A stretch of 63,929 nt of DNA, filler included, from Choristocarpus tenellus KU-1152 (lineage: Eukaryota > Protista > Phaeophyceae): the NCBI GenBank assembly GCA_964200185.2. It is 7 parts of 7 records of this genome, joined end to end, with 100 filler letters (N's around TTAATTAATTAA, not from the genome) between each part and the next. Parts side by side here need not be neighbours in the genome. Positions count along the whole stretch, not along the records: positions 11,641 to 17,744 come from CAXNAD020008926.1; positions 17,845 to 23,819 come from CAXNAD020009268.1; positions 23,920 to 37,508 come from CAXNAD020001441.1; 4 more parts are not named here. One strand, 5' to 3'. Shown piece by piece: positions 11,951 through 23,959 of the stretch. The stretch's first letter is position 1. Every line of letters starts with the position of its first letter. The notes beneath the pieces are model-generated. The model saw only the letters and a program-made list of their open reading frames with translations. It did no database searches and was not told the origin of the DNA. The position numbers were made by a program, and so were the translations under genes.

Positions 11951-14828
11951 CTTAGCTTTTCCAATCGCATCCTGCAAAATTACCATTATCTCCACACTTC
12001 CACTCTGAGCAGCAAACATCACAACTGATGTATCACTGTTATCCTTGGCAAGCAGTTCTTCACAAAACTGTTGGGAGGTGGCACACACAACAATCAAATA
12101 TTCAGTGAGGGGATCATCAATATAATCGGCATATCTTGCAATAGACAAAAGCTCATGACAAGTTGTGTGATCAAGCAGGGGTCTATTTGTTTCACCTACA
12201 ACATCATATCTGGCCTGGACATCATGTGTATGTTTGTCAATAGAGAGCAAGTCACACACCACCAATATACCTCACCTTTGCCCTGCCTGCAGAACAAGCA
12301 CAACACTGTCACATTGCAGAAAAAACAATCAAGGGTTTACATCCAAAATTCATACTCCCATCATGTTAAACCATGAATTTGTTCAATGCATTGTGGCTTG
12401 TACAGAACGCTACAGTGTCGTATACGCAACAAGCTAATAACTGTCTCGTTATAGGTGGTTTGAGTTCCTATTCCTTTTCATTGAAAACCTTACAAGATAT
12501 CCTAATCTCACAAAGAATCCTTTCAACTCCAGGGATAAGAAATCCTCTGTCCTCACCTTGGATTCTCCCATCGCGTCCACCAAAAGTGTTACTATCTCTG
12601 GATTACCACTCTCAGCAGCATACATAACAACAGATTTCTCACTGCTATCTTTGTCAACCAGCTGAACAGAAGTTCGTTGCGGAAGGTTGTAGAGGAGGAA
12701 TAATAAATGAGTGAGATCAATATCCACAAAAGGATAAACAGCAAGACGGGAGATGAACTAGGGTCCTTAATAATCTATTTTCAACATATTAAGATGCAGT
12801 CTTTTCGCATGTGTGGTGTTGTTTTGTATTGTCCAAGTCACTTATGATAATTAGAAATCGTTTGCATGTTGCTGACAAAGGATAACATTTTCTTCTCTGT
12901 GAGTAGAAAAATACAAAGCATGTAATCTCTACAGACACCACTGGTGGAGTAGGTCATGGGTTGTAGAGCCAGTGATGGATCTATCAACTGAATAATAGGT
13001 AGACAGTCTTCTCATGTATCTCATGTGTGACATTATGTACCAGATGGGTTTGTTGATTGATGTTCGATCTCTAGTTTTGTTCCTAGTAGACTATTCATAC
13101 TAAAGACAACCATAGAAGGAACTTATACATTGCTAATGTTGACCAACACAAGCTTAAGATGGGATAGAATAGGGATGTATTTGCTTCACCATATTTCAGT
13201 GGGATCATAGCCAAGCCAACTTACACTCTCGTACACACGTTTACACCAAACCATAATGTCCTGTATCGGGACAAAATAATCAATGCAGAACTATAAGGGA
13301 CTGTTGGACGGCTTTGAAATCAAGAACTATTTTTGACCACCTTTAGCATGCTCAAGGCAATAACTTTGTACTGCTGTAGCTCGTACTACTACTGCTTGAT
13401 GATTAAGCTACAAGATCATCGGCAAGAAATTTAATAAATAGTAATGAGAAAGTACATCCTCTGCCTTCACCTTTTCTTTTCCCAGAGTATCCCATACACC
13501 TTGAAATACTTCAGAATCACCAACGATACTACCAAACAATCAGGCAGACCTTTCAATCCTATGTGTATCAACCAGCTCAACAAAAAACTGTTTTTAGATT
13601 GTGAAAAGAAGACTTGGAAGAATGAGTATACCAAGTGCTCCCTCTGTTAGGTATCAGTTAATTAAAAATTGACTTTTTCTCAGTCAGAAATGTGGAGATT
13701 TTGGTCAAAATGTTTAAAACATCTGTCAAACTAACTTCAAACAAATTGACAACCTTTTGGGAATGCAGTGTAAAGGATCAATAAAAATACACAATCATAA
13801 ACAAAAACAGACGATCATGTCCCACCATAGCTAGAGGTGTGCCCTACTGAATGGTATCTGCTACAAAAGAGTGGTAGTGGTTAACGTTGTGTATTATGAC
13901 CTATTTCTTCCATCTATCACAACTGCTGCTAGACATGTTTTCTCATGTTGGCATTAATATACTCCTGAAAATAACTAGTCTAGTATTCACTCAACTTCTC
14001 AAGTGTTAGGGCGCTTATCACACTCATAAGTATCTGGGGATTGCCACCCAGAGCAGCGAACATTGTTACAGATATGCTGTTCCCTCCATTTGCCCTCAAT
14101 TCATCCAACACCTGCGTGCAAGAGGTACAGCAATTGGATTGGAAAAGCAGCTAACAGCTACCTAGCTCAATCAAGTGTACCACCCATTAGGCAAAAATGC
14201 ACTTTTGTTACTACAAGAGAGTGAATCAGTGTGTGATCAGATAAAAGCTACAAGACAAATGAGCATTAGATTCATCGAGATTTGAGCCTCACACAAGACA
14301 CCATCGCCACATTTTCATTACATGGTGCAACATAATAGTACCTGTCTAAACACATGCTTCTTCCAGGAACAAACAAATCATTCTTCCGAAAAAACAGCGT
14401 AGCAAATGAGCCACACTCATCTTCTTGGTCTTACAGAGCCAGGCGGGCACCCAGCAATTCACTTATACCCTAAATGAGAAGAGTGACTCCATATCAAAGT
14501 CACCAGGTCTGGTGACAGGAAATTCCTGTATCACAAAACACACCTGGTCGTGGGATAGCGTTGTTCGCAGCCAATCAAGGACGGCGATGAACACTGAATG
14601 ATTGCCATGAACGGCAGCAAGCATTATGGTGGACAAGCGATGATAATGCTTCCCGTTCTTTTTCAGGCTGTAATGCGTCCTCTCGTGCTCTTCTTTCGCC
14701 TCTTCTTGGTCCATCCCATTTAAGAACGACCGTAACATGTCTGCATTGCCAGTGCTTATCGCATCCTCCGCTGTTATCTGTTCTTCCCGTCCCCCTTCCT
14801 GATGTGATAACCGTGACCGTCTTGTTTG
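11951..14828 (-). CDS. Ankyrin-repeat-like gene (partial, possibly pseudogenising) built from 117-bp single-repeat exons
   Basis: Minus-strand exons: 14828-14544 (...STIMLAAVHGNHSVFIAVLDWL...), 14111-13995 (...SVTMFAALGGNPQILMSVISAL..; donor reads TTGAGT), 13587-13471 (in-frame TGA), 12673/12661-12557 (..SVVMYAAESGNPEIVTLLVDAMGESK) and 12067-11951 (FCEELLAKDNSDTSVVMFAAQSGSVEIMVILQDAIGKAK, intact AG/GT). The motif xxlmxAAxxGnxeivxxL matches the ankyrin consensus. Confidence 0.75.
13471..13587 (-). pseudogene. Disabled ankyrin exon cassette
   Basis: 117 bp with intact AG/GT, translating FFVELVDTHRIERSA*LFGSIVGDSEVFQGVWDTLGKEK. TGA at 13542-13540. Downstream intron start gtgaaggcagaggat resembles the other cassettes. 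Confidence 0.7.
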
Positions 14829-15664
14829 CTGGTGTGCAGAAATGGTGTTGACCACCAAATCAAATAAAGCCGAGGGCATCAGGCACATATGAATATACTG
14901 GTCAGCTTTGTTTTGTAAACAAATTACTATGCATAGTGCTGATGAGGCGTCATGGAGACCAAGCAACCCAATAAAAAACATCAAAGTCTTGGATCTGCCC
15001 TCATACATCATGTTTTTCTCGCTTTCGCCATGTTGATTGTATGGCGAAGGCTAACAGCTGTGCTATGATCTTCGACTAGGACAGAAACAACCACAACGTT
15101 CCCGAGGAAGAGTGGGAACTGAAAGATCAATAGCAGTCTCCACCTTTGGTACTACAATTGTCGGCTAGTCGCATATGTCCACGAAGGTAATCTTTGGGAT
15201 TTATGGTTAGCCCCCCGGTATTCGAATCAGTATGCTATATCTGCAGAATAGCTCTAGTAACCTATGAAGTATACTAGTTCCTCACAAACCACTGTAGTAC
15301 CATAACCTTCGATTTGTTCACTGTTTATCAATCACTCAAAACCGTGAACGAGATACCCCGCTCGACACTCCTTCACAACTGCCCATTCAATGCATTTAGC
15401 CTGAGAACATGCACCACGCCCAACACCGCAGGAATCGATTCCATACCCTTCATTGTGAGGAATAGAATCCAATTCTTCACCCCCCTTTGTTGCCATTCTC
15501 GCCTTTTGTTGTTTGATTTGGGAGGAGAGTTAAGGAATTCCACACACAAGATTTTTTTTCAAGCTTTACGTACATACAGGTGTATGTTTTGTTGTATATT
15601 TCGTGTTGTGGACGTTAACAATAACTAACATGATCTTCAACAATTGTACAAAAAATTGTTCTCC

Positions 15665-17240
15665 TAAAGTGGTACCAACAGGTTCGCGGTCTGTGGCAAT
15701 CTTGCTTTTGTTCACTGTCTTCCCACGAGAGGTATGCAACAGTAAATATATTAAATGAACGATTATGCCAAGAGAGGTTGAAAATTTGTACACAGAAATG
15801 TACTCACTCCAGCGAATGGGAACTTATATCTCAATCAAAGAATGGCAATAACGCGGGAGAATAACTCCAGCGCAATTTTGATGATCACAACCTCAAAAGA
15901 TATAAAAATGTGAAGTGGTGGCTGAATTCCCTGCAAAACCCTGGTCCGGTACAGTCCCCTGTCACATTGCGGTGTGTGTGCCCACACAAAAAAAAAGAGC
16001 AAGATTCTCGGACATCTTTTTAACACCTTTTTTTGCAGACTTTCTGTGAACACACAAACAGGTGACCCACACAGGAATATAAACCACAATGGTGAGAAAA
16101 GGAGAGCTGCTGAGGCCACTCTGCCCCTTCGATCTACCCTCAACACCTTCTATGTCGCAAGGCGACAAAAAAACAAGTACCGTGTGACATTCGGTGTCTT
16201 AGGCGACTAGAAAGTGTGTGTACTACTGTGACGCAGCAGCATGATCAAATCGCGAAATGGACCACACGGCCGCGACATTGACGCTGAGAGAAGATTCACC
16301 TCACAAACGTGGTTGGGTCTTCAACCACGTCGGAGCACTGCTCCACAGTCTCTGCCGCCTCGGGACAGCAGGAAGAGAGTAGCGAGTCCATCACCAGGTG
16401 TGGTGCAGTGACGAAGTTTGTGGGGAAGCCTGGTCACGGCGGGCAAAGGGAGAACCAGGGTGACCGGCCGGAGGGAAGGTTGGGGAGGAGAGCAGTGCGA
16501 CTGCGTGTCATTGCGCTCAGGAAACGCCTAAGCGAAAACCCGTGTGTAGAATATCTTAGTAGTCGGCAGTTGCAGCAGGCCCTAGCTGTTTGGAAGCTAC
16601 TATGTGAGTCAGAGTGGCTTAGGAAACGAGAAAGAAGGTGTTAGGGTTGGGCTACAAGGGCTCGGAATCCCGAAAGAAGGTAACCCATTCCCGGCGCTCA
16701 ACGAGGAAATGTAATAGTAAAGGCTCTAACACTGCGAATCCTGTACCTGTGTATGAACGATGGGAAAGACCATCAAACAGCGCTCGAGATGGCAGGATAT
16801 GCGATGGTCAAGTCGGAAACCGTGAGTAAATATGGGAGAGAGACTTCCTAACTAAGGGCCACATCAAGATGTCGGAGCAAGGACGCGACGAGAGGCCTTT
16901 CGCTCTGGGCGTCGACGAGGACATCCTTGCCGAGGTCAAATAGTGAGTGCTCGAACACACAGGAAGAAAGCAGGGTGGTGGGGCTTTTTTCCCGTCTAAA
17001 CCTTATACTTTGATCAAGTAATAGCGCATCTGTTGCCACTCTTGGTGACCTACAATCCATGGTTCAAACCCCAATCGCTCATTCTTCAATAATAAAACAA
17101 TAATGGCAAAAAAAAAACGAAGTCCGTTCTCTCGGGGGCATTGTGACAGGCATCACGAATAAGTTTTTTTATTATCCGATGTGTACATCAAAAGTTATGA
17201 CGGGACAACCCCAGACGCATAACCTATTGGTACCACTATA
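15665..17240 (+). mobile_element. Degenerate Tc1/mariner (IS630-like) DNA transposon, copy 1
   Basis: TIRs ta-aagtggtaccaacaggtt (15665) and aacctattggtaccacta-ta (17221-17240), with TA at both outer ends. Interior homologous to 23960-26791. Confidence 0.7.
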
Positions 17241-17605
17241 CACCACCACCGCTTGATTAAGAGCATGCACTACTCAACCCACATATTGCATATCATTCTC
17301 TCTCTCAGATTTTGTCCCTGATGCATAACCTGTCTGCTTCAAAAGATTTTATTACCTTGTTCCTCTCCTTGCATGCGTAAATGGGTTCCCTTACCCTTGG
17401 CAATGTATAGAGAGTGAGTAGAGACACTAATAGTTGCGCCAAAACGTTGCCTAGAGTTTCTCCACACGCAGAAAACATGACTGCAAACCCCATTCTGATA
17501 CCCTCCTGGTCTCCTTCAGTGGCGCAACCCGTCTTTGCACCTGGGCATAATCTGTCAAATTTGCCTCGTTCAACCACTGTTACTGAAAAGATGGTGATAT
17601 AAATT

Positions 17606-17744
17606 GGCTCAAAGTATCTGGGTGGGGGTGGCGGCTGTTCATTTGGGATCAATTTTTTCATATCGCAATTTTTGGGTGATTTGATTCCATATAGATGGAT
17701 GCACTTTTCCTGATTTTGGTCAAATGGACACCCTGGTTTGCCCC
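17606..17744. mobile_element. MITE family A (subfamily 2) copy, truncated by contig end
   Basis: ggctcaaagtatctgggtggggg...; matches 54908-55080. Confidence 0.75.
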
Positions 17745-17844
17745 NNNNNNNNNNNNNNNNNNNNNNNNNNNNNNNNNNNNNNNNNNNNTTAATTAATTAA
17801 NNNNNNNNNNNNNNNNNNNNNNNNNNNNNNNNNNNNNNNNNNNN
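17745..17844. other. Artificial contig linker
   Basis: N44-TTAATTAATTAA-N44. Confidence 0.97.
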
Positions 17845-18408
17845 ACACCCAGCCCTCCTCTCCACCTCCCCCCTTTGGCCCCCCCCCCCCCCCCCACCTG
17901 CCCCTCCACTGGATACAAAATATGCGCTTGTTGTTGATGTTGACTTTTTTTTTTCCACATGTGGATATTAAGCACTGCTCTAGCATTTTCGATATGCCTC
18001 TGTCACGAAAATTTTCTCACGTGTTTTCTGTATTTTGTCCTTGCTTCTTTCTGTTCTCGTCAACTTTGTGACTGGACTCACTCCACTGGTGAAATATTTG
18101 TTCACATTTTAACCTGTATGACTGATACTGAATGTGCAGTCCCCCACCAAGAGGTCTATTTTTTTATTCACCAGCAAACCCCAATATATATGTATGTATA
18201 TATATATCAATGCCAAGCATATGTATATATATATATATATATTTATGTATATTTCCAGACTGGCGACTGCAAACCATTATATTTTTTTGCAATGCTATAG
18301 TGATTATTATTATTATTATTATTATTATCTTAAAAGTACTGATGTGTTTTTTTCGTTTCCACCAATGATTTCCCTTTTGTTTTGTTCTTGTTGTTATTGC
18401 TACACTAG

Positions 18409-19307
18409 GTAATGGGTCACAACCCATACCGACAGCATGTTACAGAGAGAGATGGGAATATTCCAGATAAGGCAGCACAGATGCTAGGGGTGATTCCCAT
18501 GAGGTCACAGGGTAGGCGAGAAGGAGTGGGGCCGGGGCCGGGGGGAGGGGGTGGCTATCGGCGAATGGGGAGCGAAGGGGGAGGGCTGATTGGTTCCAGT
18601 AGGAGCTTGGTGGAGGAGGAGGTTAGTGATTATGTTTTTGTTGTGTGTGTGTGTCTGATTGTTTTGTGATGATGCTGTAACTGTAATAATGTAACTGTAC
18701 CATATCGTAACTGCCTTAATGGACATAAAAAATAAATAGCGCTAGTAATCTTCGTAGTGATTCTTTGCTCTGCTGTGGAGCACAGGTGATTATATATATA
18801 TTTATTTTGTATTTCATTTTTTGAAAGTAGAAGTTAATTCTGATGCCTCTTCAGGTACGAGCAAGACAGAAGATATTAAAAAATTAGTCATTGCTGCACT
18901 TTTTTTGATATCGTAAAAAAAAACTAAAACCCTAGATGGAAGCGAAATCACGTGAAGTCTCAACAGTCAGGAGGAAGCGGTTTTTGTTTTAACGATCGTT
19001 AATCAGAAGCATTATTTAAAAAAAAAGTGTAAGTTCTTCCCTCGCTCGAAAAGCTTCAAGAGTTGGTGCTTTCCCCTCAAGTTTTTTTTTTTTTTTTGTT
19101 TGTTTCTATTTTAGCGAATCATTGTTGATTCAATCGTCTACGATTTCTCAACAACATTTTTGTTTTGTTTGGTTAGGGGGGCGGGAGGTACTTTACTCCC
19201 TGGAAGTATTGAATCCGGTGTGTTTTTTTTTCAGCAGGGTTGCATATTTTACAAGTGTGTGGTATTTATGTATGTGTGTGTATGTGTGTGTATGTGTGTG
19301 TATGTGT

Positions 19308-19349
<42 letters not shown>

Positions 19350-22300
19350 TAGGGAGGTGGGGGGAAGGGGGGAGTTCAAGTTGGTTTGTGCAAGCAGAAA
19401 GTGCGATAAGCAGAACGTGCGTTTGTGACGTGAAAGCCGAGAGGGGTAGCAAAATGGGCGAGCAGACGCGCGAGGTGGAGGAGAGCTGTCGGCGGCAATG
19501 AGCTCGGTGTCAGTGCTTGACTGTGTGCTGCAGTAGGATAGAGCCGGTTGGCTTTGTTTTTGTTTTTTTCCTTTCTTTTTAGGTTTTTGATGCTGTTTGT
19601 AGTATTCCGGCAAATAGAATTCGCCTGTGAGCAGACGCTCGAGATTGAGAGCCGACACTGGTATGCTCTTTGAGATATGTGGATGGGCGGGCAGGAATCG
19701 CTCGGGGCTTAGATGGTAGGTATCCGCGAGGGGTGCCTGAAAGGCTTGTCAGGTCTGCTTCCTCTAGCTATGCAATGGGTGTTTTATGCACAGGGGATGA
19801 TGTAAAGCAGGCAGGCAAAGTAAAAGGGCGGACAAGTGTGGTCAGTGTGGTCAGCGTGACCTGTACAGGCGTTTATTTGATCTGATTAGATTTGTCTCTT
19901 CTGTTTTTTCCGGAATTTGTATGTGTGTATGTATGTGTGTGCGTTTTTTTTTTTTTTTAGCTTTTTTTTTTTTATTTTTTTTGTTTAGACTTTTTAAATA
20001 ATGGATGTGAAAGAAAGGTTTTTGTATTTTTTNNNNNNNNNNAAGTTCTAAACTCTCAAAAATATTAAAAAGAAAATCTACGCCCTCTACTATCTGGGCT
20101 AATTTGCCTACACCTGTATGTGACATTAGGGTTGGGATAAGTTTTTTTTTTTCAGAAACACTTTTTTGATGGTTTTTTTTGTTGAGATGTAGTGTTGGTT
20201 GTAGAGTGAGGTTTTTTAAGAGTGAAGAGGAAGAATATGTGACATGGACAAGGGTTCATCTCTGAAGTGGTAGTTAAATACAGTTATTTTTTTACTTTTT
20301 TCTCATCTATGGTGATTTTTTGCAGAGGAAAGGTACACCCTCCTCCGTCACTGTAGCAGTAATTGTGTGTTCAATATATTTTCATTGATGTTTTGATTCT
20401 CACGGGAAAATATTGACAAACGCCTTCGTCATTACTGAAAAGTGCATCGTCAACCTATCCCATCCGCCCACGGACTTGGAAGGGTTTTGTGTCACCTACA
20501 GCTACTGAGAAGATCCTTTTGGATGAGGGGGGCGGGGGATTATGGGTCACTCAAGTGCAAATGGGGATAGTTGTAGAATGAGATAGATGTCGATTAGATA
20601 AGTACTCCTCAGTGTTACAGACAAAAAAGGGTACAGTTTTGTGTATCGATCGACTTCATCCTGTACTAATAGCAAGTCGATTTTCTTTTGACATATTAAG
20701 ATACTCCCCATGCCTGAAATGTGGGGGGTATACCCTCTTTATGTTCACCCCTCTTGTACGATTTACTAATGACGATATTTTGTGGGGGGTGTCTTTTATC
20801 GTCATGGATTGAAAGTGATGTATTGGAATAGGGTACAATTCTGTCTACTCTTTTCTTTTATTTGACTGAAAATTGGTTATTTCTTGTCATTTTTTGTCAG
20901 CCCGAACTTGAAGATGGTCTGATTTCCTTGGTTGTACTTGTGTCGTGATGTGTGTTTAGTATTATCTATATTTGTAACTGTAACTCTTGGTGCATGGATT
21001 TAAGAAACGGTTGCGTTTAGTGTGTTGAACAGTAATAGTATTATTATATAGAGAGTTGAATTGTATTACATTTCAAAGTAGTGTAGAAGGCATTAATTAA
21101 CAAGCTGTGAGATTAGCTTTTTGGCTGAAAATATTGATTAATTTGGTGCAGTGTACGAGGGAGATGGTTTGTGTCACTTATCACCAAACAAACCTCACTC
21201 GACAAAACGCAAACCTTGAAACTAACACCACCCTGTAATCTTTGGCAATATTCAACCTGTAACATCTGTTGTCTTGCAAATGTTGGAGTTAATTTCCGTT
21301 GCAAGATCCGTTGTCAAGAACATCGTCCAGAGCCCCTTTTTGCTCGATTATTATTCTGTGAAGCAGAGCACTTTGTGTATTTTTGTTCTTTCACACATAT
21401 TAGTTTGAAGGAAGTACAGAGAGCGTTTTCTGAGAACGACCAAGTTTGACAGAATAAAGAAAACTTTATGCACAAGGGAAAAAATACATTACATTTGTTT
21501 CTTTAAGGTAGTGCTCAGAACCATTTGCTCTCCAATGCCTGTTGTTTGGCAAACGATTGAGTCGGTTCATCGAGTCTGTTGTAGGGACGGTGCTTGCTCT
21601 CTTGTATACTAAGTATGATGCTTAAACACTCTATTGTAATTGAAAAATATGTTTTAGAATTATTAAATATATAGAACTGTAAATAATTATTCTATGATAT
21701 GTAATGATGTTCTTGTTTTATGAATATTGAGATTTTATAATGGAGGATTAGTTCTCAGCACCCTGTTCATTGCCGTCCTCTTGCTGTTCAACACAGGACG
21801 CTGCGGAATGGGGAAGTGCTGGTCGGGGATCTAGGGATGAAGAGGAGATGTTATTTGGTGTGCAGGGAGCAGAGGAGGGACGCCCTGGATCAAAGGTGGG
21901 TTCTTCTTAGGTCCTGTGTTGGCGTATACATTAAGTACCTCTTCTAGTTATGGTTACTTGATTTTTTTTATGACTGGATGGACAGTTGAGGAGTGAGAAT
22001 GTAAGGTAGTGGAAGGGAGTCAGCACTATGGTGGTATGACTACTGAGGGAGAACTTGATGATGGTATGATGGTATGATGGATTGTGTTATACCGTCGGTG
22101 GTGTAGTTTATACCTACCACATAGTGTGCAATAGTGGCGATCTCTTGGATGTGTCCTCAAAGTTGGCAATCTGCCAACAAATCGGTTACAATTTATTCAC
22201 CCCCTTTGGTGCACAATTTAAAGAAATAATAAGGCATTGTTTTTCTGAATTATGTAAAAGCACTGACATTTTTATTACCATTTTTCTGAAGAAACCACTG

Positions 22301-23394
22301 CTTGGCAAGCATAGAGATTTCACTGCTGTTGCTCCACCGGAAAGAAAACAATAACAAAAACTGATGGACTGGCTCTATCCAGTTGAAATGGCGTAGCATC
22401 AGTACTCAAAGACATCAAGAGGCTATGCAATTGAATCCTGCATGAACCGTCCTCCCAACTCCCTACCAAGAGAGGATAAGATAGAGTGAAAGGAGGGGTC
22501 CAAGGAGTGGGCTCAAGGGGAGGTGTGAAGATTTGAGATCTCTATTTGGGGGAGAATGAGCATCTGGTGGGGGCGATGGATGGACCACGGAGCATGCCCC
22601 AGGCGTAGCTCTGTGGCCTTTTGATTATTTTTTTTATTGAGTATTTTGATATCGCTGACGTCCCGGTGGAGTAGTGTAATAATGTGAATGTTTTGTTGAC
22701 GCCGCTTGTCTCGTTGCCTGCCAGGTCGGGGTCTGTCTTTTGCACTTAGTTTTTTTTAATGTATCCTGGCTTTCTTTCCCCAATGACAATTAAAAAAAAA
22801 GAAAATACTCTTTTCGGTACATATAAATATATGATTTTGTTATTGTTATTATTAATATTATTTATTGAGTGAAGTTGAATGCTGTATTGCATTGGGGGTC
22901 TCTGTTTTTTTTCTTCTATATAAGTGTGTTTTGTGTGCCGAATCATATTGTGGATTTTGTTTTTGGTCCCATCTTGTGTGGGCACCCTCATTTTAGGAGT
23001 GTGAGGTGAAGTTTCTAATGCTACCACTGTAGTACTTGAACCCAGGGGTTAAGGCTTCAAAACCTCTATGCCAGCAACTTTTACTATGAACTCGTTGTAT
23101 GTATATATTTTTCTCATTGCCATCTTACCCTAACCCTAACTCTAATGCTTTGTACTATGTACCCAGTCCATTTGATTCTTTTTTTGTATGCCTACAGGGT
23201 GACTGTAGAAGTGTTTTGTGCCCCGACCGACAGTTATGGAGCTGACACTTACATTTTTTTCTTGTATTTTTTTTTATTGCTCGTTGGTGTCATGCGTGTT
23301 CAGGTGAGGTCGAGGAGCAGTATGATGCCAGATGAAGATGCGGAAGACCTCCCTCCTGTTGCACTGTGGAAGCAGAAGCATAGGCGAACAACGG
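18409..23394 (+). CDS. Putative exons of an unidentified low-complexity (Gly/Glu/Arg-rich) gene
   Basis: AG/GT-bounded open segments at about 18409-18620 (VMGHNPYRQH...LVEEE), about 21798-21896 (DAAEWGSAGRGSRDEEEMLF...) and about 23304-23394 (VRSRSSMMPDEDAEDLPPVALWKQ...). No recognisable domain. Confidence 0.3.
19268..19347. repeat. (TG)n / (TATGTGTGTG)n microsatellite
   Basis: Seen directly. Confidence 0.9.
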
Positions 23395-23819
23395 GTCAAT
23401 ATAATTAGCATTACTGTTACTGAAGTAAAATGTTTCTTACACATCCGTGCATGCGTGCACTCTCACACGCGCCCGCGCACACACACACACAACACACACG
23501 CACTAGTGCACACAAACGTGTTTGCCGATGTGACAATTGGGTCGCACAAGATAGACAGTACTCCGTGTGCCCATTGTTGACTGGCTTGACAAATTCATTC
23601 CCACGTAGTATGTGCATGTCATCCCTTGCCTTGGTTGGCCAAGATCATGTGTCGTTAGTGAGGTAGGGGAATGTTGGTGAGAGGGGGGATGCTCCCTGTT
23701 TTGTAGTGGTGTGTTGTGTTGGAGTATATGGCGGAAGGGGGAAAGGGGGAAGGGGGGGGGGGGGGGATGGGAGGAGGGGCGTAGGGGGGGTGGAGGGGGG
23801 GGGATAGGGGATATGAAGG

Positions 23820-23919
23820 NNNNNNNNNNNNNNNNNNNNNNNNNNNNNNNNNNNNNNNNNNNNTTAATTAATTAANNNNNNNNNNNNNNNNNNNNNNNNN
23901 NNNNNNNNNNNNNNNNNNN
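23820..23919. other. Artificial contig linker
   Basis: N44-TTAATTAATTAA-N44. Confidence 0.97.
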
Positions 23920-23959
23920 ATCTAGCCACCACCCCCCCCCAGATACTTTGAGCCAGTTA

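Noticed and set aside
13540-13542. TGA as selenocysteine or an alternative genetic code
   Set aside because: The position aligns to a hydrophobic residue in sister cassettes, TGA terminates the adhesin gene normally, and neighbouring cassettes show other lesions.
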